Origin: Escherichia phage vB_EcoM_OE5505
Sequence record: NC_054926.1
Strand: one strand, 5' to 3'
DNA length: 64,000 nucleotides
Shown: piece by piece, positions 49,637-61,281 of the stretch
Numbering within the stretch: the stretch's first letter is position 1
Layout: each line of letters opens with the position of its first letter
Program-made: the position numbers and the translations under genes
The notes under the pieces: generated by a model
Database searches by the model: none
What the model was told of the DNA's origin: nothing
The model's input: only the letters and a program-made list of their open reading frames with translations

Positions 49637-50262
49637 TACAATAGCTCAAAGAATTCTTTGAGTCCTCTTATTACATGAGCGTGAGTTTTTCCACACTCTG
49701 GACATTTAATTGGAACAGCCAAATAAACAGTAGGCTTTAAAAGCATATCTTTTATAGCTACAATATCTGACTCTGTGATGATAGAATATAAATCTTCTAG
49801 TTCCTTTTCATTTAAGTCTTCAACTGGAATGCTTTCCCCGTTAGCATGAATCGTTTCTATACATGATACTATCATGTGGGCTATATTTTTATCATCAAAA
49901 ATTTTAGGGTATCGGAATTTAATTTTAATGTCACCCAGTGTATACCAAAGGTCTTCTGGTGCATCTATTTGTGTATGTAATAGATTTATATGGGTTGGTA
50001 TTTCAGTTCCGCAGGTGCACTTCCAGGAGTTTTCGTGATTAACTTCTCCAAGAGAATGCGCCCATAAATGAATCAACAATAGTTCTGATTCTTGGCGATT
50101 TAAATCTTTTGCATTTGTGCAGTCTTTGATTAGCTTTTTAACAATTACTTCTACAGAACCATTATTTTTGGCAGTAATAAGTTCTAGATATTCTTTAAGA
50201 GTAAATGCGCGACAGTTGATTATTTTAGAACCAACTCTCACATCAAATTTGTATTCATACAT
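49636..50262 (-). CDS. 26: Baseplate hub protein gp26
   Basis: 208 aa, same length as T4 gp26. Confidence 0.9.
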   Translation of the reverse strand: MYEYKFDVRVGSKIINCRAFTLKEYLELITAKNNGSVEVIVKKLIKDCTNAKDLNRQESELLLIHLWAHSLGEVNHENSWKCTCGTEIPTHINLLHTQIDAPEDLWYTLGDIKIKFRYPKIFDDKNIAHMIVSCIETIHANGESIPVEDLNEKELEDLYSIITESDIVAIKDMLLKPTVYLAVPIKCPECGKTHAHVIRGLKEFFELL

Positions 50263-50283
50263 ATTTAGCTCCTTTATTTATCA

Positions 50284-50295
50284 TATTTATAAATA
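50284..50295. promoter_or_regulatory. Overlapping divergent late promoters (TATTTATAAATA) for genes 26 and 51
   Basis: TATAAATA readable on both strands within one 12-bp palindrome-like element. Confidence 0.55.
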
Positions 50296-50312
50296 GAATA
50301 AAAGGAGCATCT

Positions 50313-51065
50313 ATGGCAAACATTATTCGTTGTAAATTACCAGATGGTGTTCATCGTTTTAAACCATTTACGGTAGAAGATTATCGAGATTTTTTGTTAG
50401 TTCGAAACGATATAGAACATCGGTCACCACAAGAACAAAAAGAAATAATTACTGATTTAATTGATGATTATTTTGGAGACTATCCGAAGACTTGGCAACC
50501 ATTTATATTTTTGCAGGTATTTGTAGGTTCAATAGGTAAAACTAAAGTACCAGTCACATTTGTATGTCCAAAATGTAAAAAAGAAAAGACAGTTCCATTT
50601 GAAATATATCAAAAAGAATTAAAGGAACCTATTTTTGATGTAGCTAATGTTAAAATTAAATTAAATTTTCCTTCTGAGTTTTATGAAAATAAAGCAAAGA
50701 TGATTACTGAAAATATTCATTCTGTTCAAGTAGATGAAATGTGGTATGATTGGAAGGAAATTAGTGAATCGAGTCAAATAGAACTTGTTGACGCCATCGA
50801 GATAGAAACATTAGAAAAAATTCTCGATGCAATGAATCCTATTAATTTAACATTGCACATGTCGTGTTGTGATAAGTACATTAAAAAATACACTGATATA
50901 GTAGATGTGTTTAAGCTATTAGTTAATCCAGATGAGATATTTACTTTTTATCAAATTAATCACACGCTTGTAAAAAGTAATTATAGCTTAAATTCAATAA
51001 TGAAAATGATTCCTGCCGAGCGCGGATTCGTATTAAAACTGATTGAGAAGGATAAACATCAATGA
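50313..51065 (+). CDS. 51: Baseplate hub assembly protein gp51
   Basis: 250 aa, position as T4 gp51. Confidence 0.9.
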   Translation: MANIIRCKLPDGVHRFKPFTVEDYRDFLLVRNDIEHRSPQEQKEIITDLIDDYFGDYPKTWQPFIFLQVFVGSIGKTKVPVTFVCPKCKKEKTVPFEIYQKELKEPIFDVANVKIKLNFPSEFYENKAKMITENIHSVQVDEMWYDWKEISESSQIELVDAIEIETLEKILDAMNPINLTLHMSCCDKYIKKYTDIVDVFKLLVNPDEIFTFYQINHTLVKSNYSLNSIMKMIPAERGFVLKLIEKDKHQ

Positions 51066-52237
51066 GTATGTTACAACGTCCTGGATATCCAAATCTCAGC
51101 GTTAAATTATTTGAGAGTTATGACGCTTGGAGTAATAATAGATTTGTTGAATTAGCTGCTACTATTACCACATTAACTATGCGTGACTCTCTTTATGGTC
51201 GAAATGAAGGAATGCTGCAGTTTTATGATTCTAAAAATATCCACACAAAAATGGATGGAAATGAAATAATTCAAATTTCTGTAGCTAATGCAAACGATAT
51301 TAATAATGTTAAAACACGAATTTATGGATGCAAGCATTTTTCCGTGTCAGTAGATTCAAAAGGCGATAACATCATTGCTATTGAATTGGGAACTATTCAT
51401 TCTATAGAAAATCTTAAATTTGGTAGACCATTTTTCCCTGATGCAGGTGAATCTATAAAAGAAATGCTTGGTGTCATTTATCAAGACCGCACATTATTAA
51501 CTCCAGCAATAAATGCTATAAATGCTTATGTTCCTGATATTCCATGGACTAGTACATTTGAAAATTATTTGTCCTATGTAAGAGAAGTTGCTCTAGCTGT
51601 AGGAAGTGACAAATTTGTATTTGTGTGGCAAGACATCATGGGAGTTAACATGATGGACTATGATATGATGATAAATCAAGAACCATATCCAATGATTGTA
51701 GGTGAGCCATCTTTAATAGGTCAATTCATCCAAGAATTAAAATATCCATTGGCATATGATTTTGTTTGGTTGACTAAATCAAACCCGCATAAACGTGATC
51801 CAATGAAAAATGCTACTATCTATGCTCATTCGTTTTTAGATTCTTCACTGCCAATGATTACTACAGGAAAGGGTGAAAACTCTATTGTAGTGTCAAGGTC
51901 AGGTGCTTATTCTGAAATGACTTATAGGAATGGCTATGAAGAAGCTATTCGTCTTCAAACTATGGCGCAATATGATGGCTATGCTAAATGTTCTACTGTC
52001 GGTAATTTTAACTTGACTCCTGGTGTTAAAATTATTTTTAATGATAGTAAAAACCAATTTAAAACAGAATTTTACGTTGATGAAGTTATCCATGAATTAT
52101 CAAATAATAATTCAGTAACTCATCTATATATGTTCACTAATGCAACGAAACTGGAAACAATAGACCCAGTTAAGGTTAAAAATGAATTTAAATCTGATAC
52201 TACCACTGAAGAAAGTAGTTCTTCCAATAAGCAATAA
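51062..52237 (+). CDS. 27: Baseplate hub protein gp27
   Basis: 391 aa, same length as T4 gp27. Confidence 0.93.
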   Translation: MSMLQRPGYPNLSVKLFESYDAWSNNRFVELAATITTLTMRDSLYGRNEGMLQFYDSKNIHTKMDGNEIIQISVANANDINNVKTRIYGCKHFSVSVDSKGDNIIAIELGTIHSIENLKFGRPFFPDAGESIKEMLGVIYQDRTLLTPAINAINAYVPDIPWTSTFENYLSYVREVALAVGSDKFVFVWQDIMGVNMMDYDMMINQEPYPMIVGEPSLIGQFIQELKYPLAYDFVWLTKSNPHKRDPMKNATIYAHSFLDSSLPMITTGKGENSIVVSRSGAYSEMTYRNGYEEAIRLQTMAQYDGYAKCSTVGNFNLTPGVKIIFNDSKNQFKTEFYVDEVIHELSNNNSVTHLYMFTNATKLETIDPVKVKNEFKSDTTTEESSSSNKQ

Positions 52238-52715
52238 AGAAGTTTCTATTCCTAAAATGGGTCTTAAACATTATAACATTTTAAAAGATGTTAAAGGCCC
52301 TGATGAAAATTTAAAACTTCTTATTGATTCTATTTGTCCGAATTTGTCACCGGCAGAAGTTGATTTCGTTTCTATTCATTTATTGGAATTTAATGGAAAG
52401 ATTAAATCTCGTAAAGAAATAGATGGCTATACTTATGACATTAATGATGTTTATGTATGCCAAAGATTAGAATTTCAATACCAAGGAAATACATTTTATT
52501 TTAGACCTCCTGGAAAATTTGAACAATTTTTAACGGTGAGCGATATGTTATCTAAATGCTTGCTTAAGGTCAACGATGAAGTTAAAGAAATTAATTTTCT
52601 TGAGATGCCAGCATTCGTTTTAAAATGGGCAAATGATATTTTTACAACTTTAGCAATTCCTGGCCCTAATGGTCCAATAACTGGAATTGGCAATATTATT
52701 GGATTATTTGAATGA
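52182..52715 (+). CDS. 28: Baseplate hub protein gp28
   Basis: 177 aa, same length as T4 gp28. Confidence 0.9.
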   Translation: MNLNLILPLKKVVLPISNKEVSIPKMGLKHYNILKDVKGPDENLKLLIDSICPNLSPAEVDFVSIHLLEFNGKIKSRKEIDGYTYDINDVYVCQRLEFQYQGNTFYFRPPGKFEQFLTVSDMLSKCLLKVNDEVKEINFLEMPAFVLKWANDIFTTLAIPGPNGPITGIGNIIGLFE

Positions 52716-54484
52716 AAAAGCCACAAGAAATGCAAACGATGCGTAGAAAAGTTATTTCAGATAATAAACCAACACAGGAAGCGGCTAAATCCGCTTCCAA
52801 TACTTTATCTGGACTTAATGACATTTCTACAAAATTGGATGATGCTCAAGCTGCTTCTGAATTAATAGCTCAAACCGTTGAAGAAAAATCGAATGAAATA
52901 ATTGGAGCAATTGACAATGTAGAAAGCGCAGTGAGTGATACTACTGCTGGTTCTGAGTTAATTGCTGAAACTGTAGAAATTGGCAACAATATTAATAAAG
53001 AAATCGGTGAATCACTCGGAAGTAAATTAGATAAATTAACGAGTTTACTAGAACAAAAAATTCAAACAGCTGGAATTCAACAGACAGGAACCAGCTTAGC
53101 TGTAGTCGAAAGTGCTATTCCCGTTAAAGTTGTTGAGGATGATACAGCTGAATTTGTTGGTCCATTATTACCAGCTCCTGAAGCAGTTAATAATGATCCT
53201 GACGCTGATTTTTTCCCTGCCCCTCAACCAGTTGAACCTAAGCGAGAGTCACCGGAAGAAAAACAGAAAAAAGAAGCATTTAATTTAAAATTATCTCAAG
53301 CTTTAGATAAATTAACAAAGACTGTTGATTTTGGATTTAAAAAATCCATTTCAATTACTGATAAAATATCAAGCATGCTATTTAAGTATACTGTCAGTGC
53401 TGCTATTGAAGCTGCTAAAATGGTTGCATTAATAATGGCTGTTGTTATTGGAATAGACCTACTGATGGTTCATTTTAAATATTGGTCAGATAAATTTTCA
53501 AAAGCCTGGGATTTGTTTAGCACTGATTTTAAAACTTTTTCAAGCGAAACCGGAACTTGGGGTCCTTTATTACAGAGCATCTTTGAATCTATTGATGAAA
53601 TTAAAAAGTTCTGGGAAGCGGGAGATTGGGGCGGTTTGACGGTAGCTATTGTAGAAGGGCTTGGAAAGGTTCTTTATAATTTAGGAGAGCTTATTCAATT
53701 AGGTATGGCTAAATTATCTGCAGCAATTCTTCGAGTCATTCCTGGCATGAAGGATACTGCTGATGAAGTAGAAGGAAGAGCATTAGAAAATTTCCAAAAT
53801 TCTACTGGAGCATCTCTTAATAAAGAAGACCAAGAAAAAGTAGCAAATTATCAAGATAAACGAATGAATGATGATCTTGGCCCAATAGCAAAAGGATTAG
53901 ACAAAATTGCGAACTGGAAAACTCGTGCATCTAACTGGATTCGTGGTGTAGATAATAAAGAAGCATTGACTACTGACGAAGAACGTGCAGCAGAAGAAGA
54001 AAAATTAAAACAACTTTCACCGGAAGAAAGAAAAAATGCTTTAATGAAAGCTAATGAAGCCCGTGCCGCGATGATTCGTTTTGAAAAATATGCTGATTCA
54101 GCTGATATGAGTAAAGACTCAACAGTTAAATCAGTTGAAGCTGCCTATGAAGACCTTAAAAAACGGATGGATGACCCGGATTTAAATAATTCACCGGCAG
54201 TTAAAAAAGAACTTGCTGCTAGATTTTCTAAAATTGATGCTACTTATCAAGAGCTCAAGAAAAATCAGCCTAATGCCAAACCTGAAACTTCTGCTAAATC
54301 GCCAGAAGCAAAACAAGTCCAGGTAATAGAAAAGAACAAAGCACAACAAGCTCCTGTTCAACAAGCATCTCCTTCAATCAATAATACTAATAATGTTATT
54401 AAGAAAAATACTGTCGTTCATAATATGACACCCGTAACGAGCACAACTGCTCCTGGTGTATTTGGCGCGACTGGAGTTAATTAA
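52712..54484 (+). CDS. 29: Tail tape measure / baseplate hub protein gp29
   Basis: 590 aa, same length as T4 gp29. Confidence 0.93.
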   Translation: MKKPQEMQTMRRKVISDNKPTQEAAKSASNTLSGLNDISTKLDDAQAASELIAQTVEEKSNEIIGAIDNVESAVSDTTAGSELIAETVEIGNNINKEIGESLGSKLDKLTSLLEQKIQTAGIQQTGTSLAVVESAIPVKVVEDDTAEFVGPLLPAPEAVNNDPDADFFPAPQPVEPKRESPEEKQKKEAFNLKLSQALDKLTKTVDFGFKKSISITDKISSMLFKYTVSAAIEAAKMVALIMAVVIGIDLLMVHFKYWSDKFSKAWDLFSTDFKTFSSETGTWGPLLQSIFESIDEIKKFWEAGDWGGLTVAIVEGLGKVLYNLGELIQLGMAKLSAAILRVIPGMKDTADEVEGRALENFQNSTGASLNKEDQEKVANYQDKRMNDDLGPIAKGLDKIANWKTRASNWIRGVDNKEALTTDEERAAEEEKLKQLSPEERKNALMKANEARAAMIRFEKYADSADMSKDSTVKSVEAAYEDLKKRMDDPDLNNSPAVKKELAARFSKIDATYQELKKNQPNAKPETSAKSPEAKQVQVIEKNKAQQAPVQQASPSINNTNNVIKKNTVVHNMTPVTSTTAPGVFGATGVN

Positions 54485-54492
54485 GGAATAAT

Positions 54493-55587
54493 ATGGCAAT
54501 TGTTAAAGAAATAACTGCTGATTTAATTAAAAAGTCCGGTGAGAAAATTTCAGCCGGACAGAGTACTAAATCAGAAGTAGGAACTAAAACATACACAGCC
54601 CAGTTTCCAACTGGGCGTGCTAGTGGGAATGACACTACAGGGGACTTCCAGGTAACAGATCTATATAAGAATGGATTATTATTTACTGCATACAATATGT
54701 CATCTAGGGATTCTGGAAGTCTCAGAACGATGAGATCTAACTACTCTTCTTCATCTTCTAGTATTTTACGTACAGCCAGAAACACTATCAGTAATACAGT
54801 ATCAAAACTGTCAAATGGATTAATATCAGATAATAATTCAGGAACAATAAGTAAAGTTCCTGTTGCAAATATTCTTTTACCGAGATCTAAATCTGATGTT
54901 GATACATCATCACATAGATTTAACGATGTTCAAGATAGTCTTATTACAAAAGGTGGAGGTACTGCTACTGGCGTGTTAAGCAATATGGCTTCAACTGCAG
55001 TATTTGGAGCACTGGAAAGTATAACACAAGGTATAATGGCTGATAATAATGAACAGATTTATACGACAGCCAGAAGTATGTATGGTGGTGCTGAGAATAG
55101 AACTAAAGTGTTCACTTGGGATTTGACTCCGCGTTCCACAGAAGATTTAATGTCTATTATTAATATCTATCAATATTTTAACTATTTTTCTTATGGTGAA
55201 ACGGGTAAATCTCAATATGCTGCTGAAATAAAAGGATATCTAGATGAGTGGTACCGTTCTACTTTTATTGAGCCGTTAACTCCAGAAGATGCAGTTAAAA
55301 ATAAGACGTTATTTGAGAAAATGACATCGAGTTTAACTAACGTTCTTGTAGTTTCAAACCCGACAATTTGGATGGTGAAAAACTTTGGTGCAACATCTAA
55401 GTTTGATGGAAAAACGGAAATATTCGGTCCATGTCAAATCCAGAGTATCAGATTTGATAAAACACCTAATGGTAACTTTAACGGATTAGCTATTGCTCCA
55501 AATCTCCCTAGTACATTTACTCTCGAGATTACTATGAGAGAAATTATCACGTTAAACCGTGCTTCTTTATATGCGGGGACTTTTTAA
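54493..55587 (+). CDS. 48: Baseplate tail-tube junction protein gp48
   Basis: 364 aa, same length as T4 gp48. Confidence 0.93.
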   Translation: MAIVKEITADLIKKSGEKISAGQSTKSEVGTKTYTAQFPTGRASGNDTTGDFQVTDLYKNGLLFTAYNMSSRDSGSLRTMRSNYSSSSSSILRTARNTISNTVSKLSNGLISDNNSGTISKVPVANILLPRSKSDVDTSSHRFNDVQDSLITKGGGTATGVLSNMASTAVFGALESITQGIMADNNEQIYTTARSMYGGAENRTKVFTWDLTPRSTEDLMSIINIYQYFNYFSYGETGKSQYAAEIKGYLDEWYRSTFIEPLTPEDAVKNKTLFEKMTSSLTNVLVVSNPTIWMVKNFGATSKFDGKTEIFGPCQIQSIRFDKTPNGNFNGLAIAPNLPSTFTLEITMREIITLNRASLYAGTF

Positions 55588-56552
55588 TGTATTCTTTAGA
55601 GGAATTTAATAATCAAGCAATAAACGCAGATTTCCAACGTAATAATATGTTCAGCTGTGTTTTTGCTACAACTCCATCAACTAAAAGCTCTTCGTTGATA
55701 AGTTCAATTAGCAACTTTTCTTATAATAACTTGGGCCTAAATTCAGATTGGTTAGGATTAACTCAAGGCGATATTAATCAGGGAATTACTACGCTAATTA
55801 CAGCTGGCACACAAAAACTGATAAGAAAATCAGGGGTTAGTAAATATCTTATTGGTGCCATGAGTCAACGTACAGTTCAAAGTTTATTAGGCTCATTTAC
55901 AGTTGGTACATATTTAATTGACTTCTTTAACATGGCATATAACTCATCTGGATTGATGATATACTCTGTAAAAATGCCAGAGAATAGATTATCCTATGAA
56001 ACTGACTGGAACTATAATTCTCCTAATATTCGTATAACTGGGAGAGAATTAGACCCTTTGGTTATTTCATTCAGAATGGATTCAGAAGCTTGTAACTATC
56101 GTGCAATGCAAGACTGGGTTAACGCTGTTCAAGACCCAGTAACTGGATTGCGTGCTTTGCCGCAAGATGTCGAGGCAGATATTCAGGTTAATCTTCATTC
56201 TCGCAATGGATTACCACATACTGCGGTGATGTTCACTGGATGCATTCCAGTGTCCGTAAGCGCTCCTGAGTTATCATATGATGGAGATAACCAAATAACT
56301 ACATTTGATGTTACTTTTGCGTATAGAGTGATGCAGGCTGGAGCAGTTGATAGACAAGCTGCCATTGAATGGCTTGAATCTGCTACTATAAATGGTATTC
56401 AAAGCGTTCTCGGAAATAGTGGAGGTGTTACTGGACTATCTAATTCGCTTTCACGACTTAGTAGATTAGGGGGAACTGCAGGAAGCATTTCAAATATTAA
56501 CACTATGACAGGAATTGTCAATTCGCAAAGTAAAATATTAGGAGCAATATAA
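55587..56552 (+). CDS. 54: Baseplate tail-tube initiator gp54
   Basis: 321 aa, position as T4 gp54. Confidence 0.93.
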   Translation: MYSLEEFNNQAINADFQRNNMFSCVFATTPSTKSSSLISSISNFSYNNLGLNSDWLGLTQGDINQGITTLITAGTQKLIRKSGVSKYLIGAMSQRTVQSLLGSFTVGTYLIDFFNMAYNSSGLMIYSVKMPENRLSYETDWNYNSPNIRITGRELDPLVISFRMDSEACNYRAMQDWVNAVQDPVTGLRALPQDVEADIQVNLHSRNGLPHTAVMFTGCIPVSVSAPELSYDGDNQITTFDVTFAYRVMQAGAVDRQAAIEWLESATINGIQSVLGNSGGVTGLSNSLSRLSRLGGTAGSISNINTMTGIVNSQSKILGAI

Positions 56553-56556
56553 CAAT

Positions 56557-56580
56557 GGGGACCGAAAGGTCCCCATATTT
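56557..56580 (+). terminator. Terminator after gene 54
   Basis: GGGGACC-GAAA-GGTCCCC hairpin followed by ATATTTT. Confidence 0.6.
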
Positions 56581-56870
56581 TATTTACGGAATGAAATAAA
56601 AGCAGCAACTGAAGCAACAGAGGTTTCTTCAATATAAACCTCAATTTTTACCGGAGCTTCTGACTCAAATTTACCTGTTACTACACCTTGGAAAATACTT
56701 TCAGTCTGTTCTGGCTTTGAAAAATTTTCAGAAGGAAAAATTCCGAACTTTTTATCTGTTCCAAAAATTTTGATAAATTCATCATAAACTGCTTCATTAA
56801 AAGCGTTATCAGCAGGAATAACGCCTTCAACTACAAGTTCTTGACCTAAAAAGCGTAAAGAAGATTTCAT
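56580..56870 (-). CDS. Hypothetical protein in 54-alt interval (alt.-3 position)
   Basis: 96 aa ORF. Confidence 0.7.
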   Translation of the reverse strand: MKSSLRFLGQELVVEGVIPADNAFNEAVYDEFIKIFGTDKKFGIFPSENFSKPEQTESIFQGVVTGKFESEAPVKIEVYIEETSVASVAAFISFRK

Positions 56871-56930
56871 TTTGTGTTCCTCATGTTATGTCAGTAAGAC
56901 TACTATAACACAACACGAGGGACTTGTAAA

Positions 56931-58982
56931 CTACATTTTGAACTTTTTAGACATTCCGTTGATGTTAACCAAAGAAGCTAAGATTTGAGAAACTTCGCTT
57001 TCCTCTTCTTTTGATTCTTCTACAAGGAATTGATTAAATCCAGCCATTGGACGAACTTCACCAGTTTCCATTAGATGGTCGCCATCATATACTGATTCTT
57101 CTAATTGTTCAGAAGGAGGAACGATTGTACCTTCGATTAGATACTTGTTATAAGCAGTTTCTTTCATAAAGTAAGTACTTACTTTATTAATCTTCAGTAA
57201 AATTCCACGTGGTAGAATAATTTCAGCTTCTGACGGAAATCCTGATAAATGACCCGGAACGATAACTTTGATTCGCTCAGCTCCTTTAATTACCATACCC
57301 ACGCTAGTTTCAGCATCTTCATTAGCATATGTAGAATGACTACCCATATGCATCAAATCTTCTGCATCAACGGAACCTTCTCCTTCACCAGAAAATACTG
57401 CGCCGGAATCATCTAGAGCCATATAGTTTTTACCATGCTCACCGAAGATATTTGGTTTAAGCGATGTGGATACGAAGTTCTTGAAATAGAACATTTTATT
57501 TTCAATGTTATGACGCAAAGTTTTAAAGGTAACTTCTTGTCCACGGTAAAGTGTAGTTCCTGGAGGAAGAACTGAACCTTTAGCGAATGCAGAATCAAGC
57601 GTCTCAATATGTTTAATAGCTCGTTCCATATATTCTTCACGGGTAGAATCTGGTTTACCCAAAAGGAACGAGTTCATTTCAACATATGAATCTGCACAAT
57701 AATCTTCAATTACATCAGATTCAGCTTGAGTTAATCCTTTTGGAGTTACTTCAGTGCTTGCGTATTCATATGCCTGAGCAGCAGATTCATTAATCAATTT
57801 ATAAATGCCATTCATGACAAATTGAATAATAGCTGTCTTTTCATCTGGCGTAGCTTTAGAACCTTTAACCAAATCATTGATAATTTTCTTAATAACATCA
57901 AAGCTATTAGAAATATTAATATCAGCAAGATCGCTTAAAATTTTATCAGTCTTATAATCAAAGAATTCTTTATTCTTTAAATATTCTTGAGAACCTTGAT
58001 ATGTTATATCGCTCTGTAACTTGATAGATGGATCACGTAAACGTGCATGGGCTAATGCAATATGATTTCGGAAGCTTTCGAGTTCATAATCACTAGATTT
58101 AAAACGAGAAGCGCTTCTCATACCGCCTATAGCTCCTTTGCTGAAGTTTGAACCAATTTGAATAACGCCAGAGTTCATTGGTCCTTCTGCTTTATACACC
58201 GGAACTTTAGATTCAAACTCTTGATATTTCTTAGCAGCGAAGCTATCACCCTGAAGTGAAGCATCAACAGTAGAATATTGAGCTTGTGCTGCTAATCGAC
58301 GACTAATTTTAGTTTTCTGAATAACAGCTTGGTCCGTGCGCTTATCATTTTCTAAAGCAATAGAAGCAGCAACAGCTTTAGGAACAGCATTACCTGTTTT
58401 AACATCTACATAAACATCACCAACCTTTGATTCAACTTTTGTGAATAACTCAGTTGAAATAGGAGGTACACCTGGAATGTCTTCTAAATTGGCATTTTTA
58501 CGATAAACCATAATATATGCGTACTTTTTATCATAATCCCAGATTTCCTTTAAAAGAACATATCGACCTGCTCCTTTAGTACGTACTAAACGGTCAGCAA
58601 TAACTTGCATTTGACGAGCTGCGCCATTTGTTTTACTCTTTAGTACACGGAATAAGCACGCGTCAATTTTATACTGCTTCATTGTTTGAAGAGCAGTATC
58701 AAAAACGGCATTAATGACACCAATTGGATTTCCACCCAAGTTTTTAAGCTTAACTAATGATAGTTTCTCATTAACACCTATCATTACGATATGCATCATT
58801 TTATCGCCTGGCTTAACGTTTTTATTCGTATCACCACCAGAGGTGTATGTACAAAATCTAAATCCAGGAAGCACGCTTTCTTCGCCGGCTTGAATAGCAA
58901 AAATTTGTGGTATTTTATGCTTAGGATTTAAGTTAACAACCGGCGCCGAAGCGCCGTCAAATAATTCTGTAATAAGTTCCAT
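56931..58982 (-). CDS. Alt-like ADP-ribosyltransferase paralog
   Basis: 683 aa; N-terminus MELITELFD; R-S-ExE signature (LYRGQ, FVSTSL, EAEIILPRG); conserved C-terminal YDGDHLMETGEV. Confidence 0.85.
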   Translation of the reverse strand: MELITELFDGASAPVVNLNPKHKIPQIFAIQAGEESVLPGFRFCTYTSGGDTNKNVKPGDKMMHIVMIGVNEKLSLVKLKNLGGNPIGVINAVFDTALQTMKQYKIDACLFRVLKSKTNGAARQMQVIADRLVRTKGAGRYVLLKEIWDYDKKYAYIMVYRKNANLEDIPGVPPISTELFTKVESKVGDVYVDVKTGNAVPKAVAASIALENDKRTDQAVIQKTKISRRLAAQAQYSTVDASLQGDSFAAKKYQEFESKVPVYKAEGPMNSGVIQIGSNFSKGAIGGMRSASRFKSSDYELESFRNHIALAHARLRDPSIKLQSDITYQGSQEYLKNKEFFDYKTDKILSDLADINISNSFDVIKKIINDLVKGSKATPDEKTAIIQFVMNGIYKLINESAAQAYEYASTEVTPKGLTQAESDVIEDYCADSYVEMNSFLLGKPDSTREEYMERAIKHIETLDSAFAKGSVLPPGTTLYRGQEVTFKTLRHNIENKMFYFKNFVSTSLKPNIFGEHGKNYMALDDSGAVFSGEGEGSVDAEDLMHMGSHSTYANEDAETSVGMVIKGAERIKVIVPGHLSGFPSEAEIILPRGILLKINKVSTYFMKETAYNKYLIEGTIVPPSEQLEESVYDGDHLMETGEVRPMAGFNQFLVEESKEEESEVSQILASLVNINGMSKKFKM

Positions 58983-58985
58983 GAT

Positions 58986-61040
58986 TTATCCTTGAACGAA
59001 CTTGTAAGGCATGTTTGCAATATCTATACAAGACGCAATAATTCCAAGAGATGATTCTACTTTCTGTTTAACATTTGATGAAACAAATGATGCAAAGTCA
59101 ACTCTGTCTTCTACTTCAATATCACCTGTCATTGTAACTACTTCGCCGGTTTCCATTAGACGGTCACCGTCATAAATTACCGATTCGGTGAGTTCTTCTG
59201 TGGTCATAACTTCAGCTTGAATAAGCTTGTTGTTAGTTTTAACTGTTCCATCATTGTAAGATGCATCGGTTATTTTATTAACTTTGACCATTAATCCACG
59301 TGGCAAAATGACTTCCATTTCATTTGAAGGTGCTAAACTTCCACCTGGTAAAACAACATTGACTTTATCAGCCCCAGTAATAACCCATCCAATTCCAACT
59401 AAATTATCGCTAGAATTTACTAGTCCTTCATCAGTTTTATCAATAGAAACACTTAAACGCTTTTCGTCTGGTAAAACACCCACAGATGAATCAGTCATCC
59501 AGGTACCAAAAATATTTGGATATAATGATGTTGACACAAAATTTCTAAAATAAAAAACTCGATTTTTTACCAGTGCTTCATATATTGAAGGTAACATTCG
59601 TTGTGAACGATACAAAGTAATACCTTTTGGTAATCGTTCACCATTTTTAAAGGCTGAATCTAAATTATCAATAGCTTTTTCTATGTCAGATGCTGTCAAA
59701 ATACTTGTACGCTCATCTGGATTATATAATCCCAAAAGAGCATTATTTATGTCTACATATCCTGAACCTACGTATTCACGAATTCCGCGTTTTTGTGCTG
59801 GTGTGTATTTAGATGAATCTTTATTTTCGACTATAGGATGTAATGACCATCCAGCGGTAAGAGCATATCCACGCAATTCTCTTCGAATAATCTTTGTTTT
59901 TATTGCATTCCAAGAATTTTGTACTAACTCATTCGCAGCATCTTGATTTAAATGCGAATGCTTGTTAATGTTTCTTTCTAACCAAGCACCTTTATATTTT
60001 TCTAAAGTATCATCAACTATAGAAGCAATAGTTTCTAAAGTTTTTATTGAAGTAATAGATTCTTTTCGTAATCTTTCTAAAGCTTTATTTTTTATTTCTG
60101 CATTAACATCAGATTCTTTATCTTCAGGAATTATAGAAGCTTCTCTGAATGCCATTCCAGCTGTAACACTACTAAGAGCATTCTCTAATGCAAATCCTGA
60201 AGTAGAAATAACAGTTAATTCATTAGCGTCAGAAATTAAAGGAGCGTCAGCAGGTTTATTTAATTCTGCTGCTGAAGCCTCAAATTTTTGAAACATCGGC
60301 GTTTCAAATCTAGAAGATTCCAATGATTGACTTTGCGCAATTGCTCTACGGGAAATTTTAACTTTAACGATTACAGCTTGGTCAGAACGTTTATCATTTT
60401 CTTGCGCAATAGATGCTGCAATTGCCTCATTTTTAGTTACTTGAGCTCCAGTATCTTTATTGATATAAACATCACCGACCTTCGATTCAACTTTAGTAAA
60501 GAGCTCAGTACTAATTTCCGGAACTCCCGGAATGTCTTCTAGTGATACATTTTTGCGATGTATAAGAATATATGCATACTTTTTATCGTAATCCCAGAGT
60601 TCCTTAAGAAGGACGTATCTGCCACCTGAACGACTGCGGATAAGTCTATCAGCAATAAGTTGAATTTGACGAGCTTGACCAGCAGTTTTAGACTTAAGAA
60701 TACGGAGCATGCAGGCATCAATTTTATACTGACGCATCGTTTGCATTGCAACTGTAAAAACTGAATTGATATAATTAATTGGGCTTGGACCAAGACCTTT
60801 TAATTTAGCAATTGAACCTTTAGCAGTTAATGTAAAAGGAACAATATGCATCATTTTATCGCCCATCTTTAAATCGCGATTAGTATCACCTCCAGATGTA
60901 TAGGTACATAAACGAAAGCCTGGTTGTTCAATTGCATCATCAACATGAACTGAAAAAATTTGCGGTATTTTCTTCTTTGGATTTAAGTTTGTAATCGGAA
61001 GAGTAGTATCTTCGTCAAATAATTCTGTAATAAGTTCCAT
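58986..61040 (-). CDS. alt: Alt ADP-ribosyltransferase (virion-packaged, modifies host RNA polymerase)
   Basis: 682 aa from second Met; R-S-ExE signature (LYRSQ, FVSTSL, EMEVILPRG); adjacent to gene 30 as in T4. Confidence 0.9.
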   Translation of the reverse strand: MELITELFDEDTTLPITNLNPKKKIPQIFSVHVDDAIEQPGFRLCTYTSGGDTNRDLKMGDKMMHIVPFTLTAKGSIAKLKGLGPSPINYINSVFTVAMQTMRQYKIDACMLRILKSKTAGQARQIQLIADRLIRSRSGGRYVLLKELWDYDKKYAYILIHRKNVSLEDIPGVPEISTELFTKVESKVGDVYINKDTGAQVTKNEAIAASIAQENDKRSDQAVIVKVKISRRAIAQSQSLESSRFETPMFQKFEASAAELNKPADAPLISDANELTVISTSGFALENALSSVTAGMAFREASIIPEDKESDVNAEIKNKALERLRKESITSIKTLETIASIVDDTLEKYKGAWLERNINKHSHLNQDAANELVQNSWNAIKTKIIRRELRGYALTAGWSLHPIVENKDSSKYTPAQKRGIREYVGSGYVDINNALLGLYNPDERTSILTASDIEKAIDNLDSAFKNGERLPKGITLYRSQRMLPSIYEALVKNRVFYFRNFVSTSLYPNIFGTWMTDSSVGVLPDEKRLSVSIDKTDEGLVNSSDNLVGIGWVITGADKVNVVLPGGSLAPSNEMEVILPRGLMVKVNKITDASYNDGTVKTNNKLIQAEVMTTEELTESVIYDGDRLMETGEVVTMTGDIEVEDRVDFASFVSSNVKQKVESSLGIIASCIDIANMPYKFVQG

Positions 61041-61062
61041 CATAGCCTCTCTAGTGTTTATT

Positions 61063-61070
61063 CTATTTAT
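61063..61070 (-). promoter_or_regulatory. Late promoter TATAAATA upstream of alt
   Basis: TATAAATA on minus strand about 23 nt upstream of alt start. Confidence 0.5.
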
Positions 61071-61075
61071 AAAAT

Positions 61076-61093
61076 TAAAGGCCCGAAGGCCTT
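61076..61093 (-). terminator. Hairpin terminator after small ORF 61093-61281
   Basis: AAAGGCC-TTCG-GGCCTTT tetraloop hairpin. Confidence 0.5.
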
Positions 61094-61281
61094 TAATAAT
61101 CTAGTGGTAAGAGAGTACGGTATATTTCAAACTTTGGACCTTTTTCATAGGCATCAAATGTTTCTGTGAATTTATTATAAGCGTATGCATCTACAAATTC
61201 GAGAATGACTTGTGATACAGAAGTAGAAACATCTCCACCTTCTTTTTGAGCAATGACAATTGTTTCTAAGTAAGCTTTCAT
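61093..61281 (-). CDS. Hypothetical small protein between alt and gene 30
   Basis: 62 aa ORF; ATGA overlap with gene 30 stop. Confidence 0.65.
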   Translation of the reverse strand: MKAYLETIVIAQKEGGDVSTSVSQVILEFVDAYAYNKFTETFDAYEKGPKFEIYRTLLPLDY

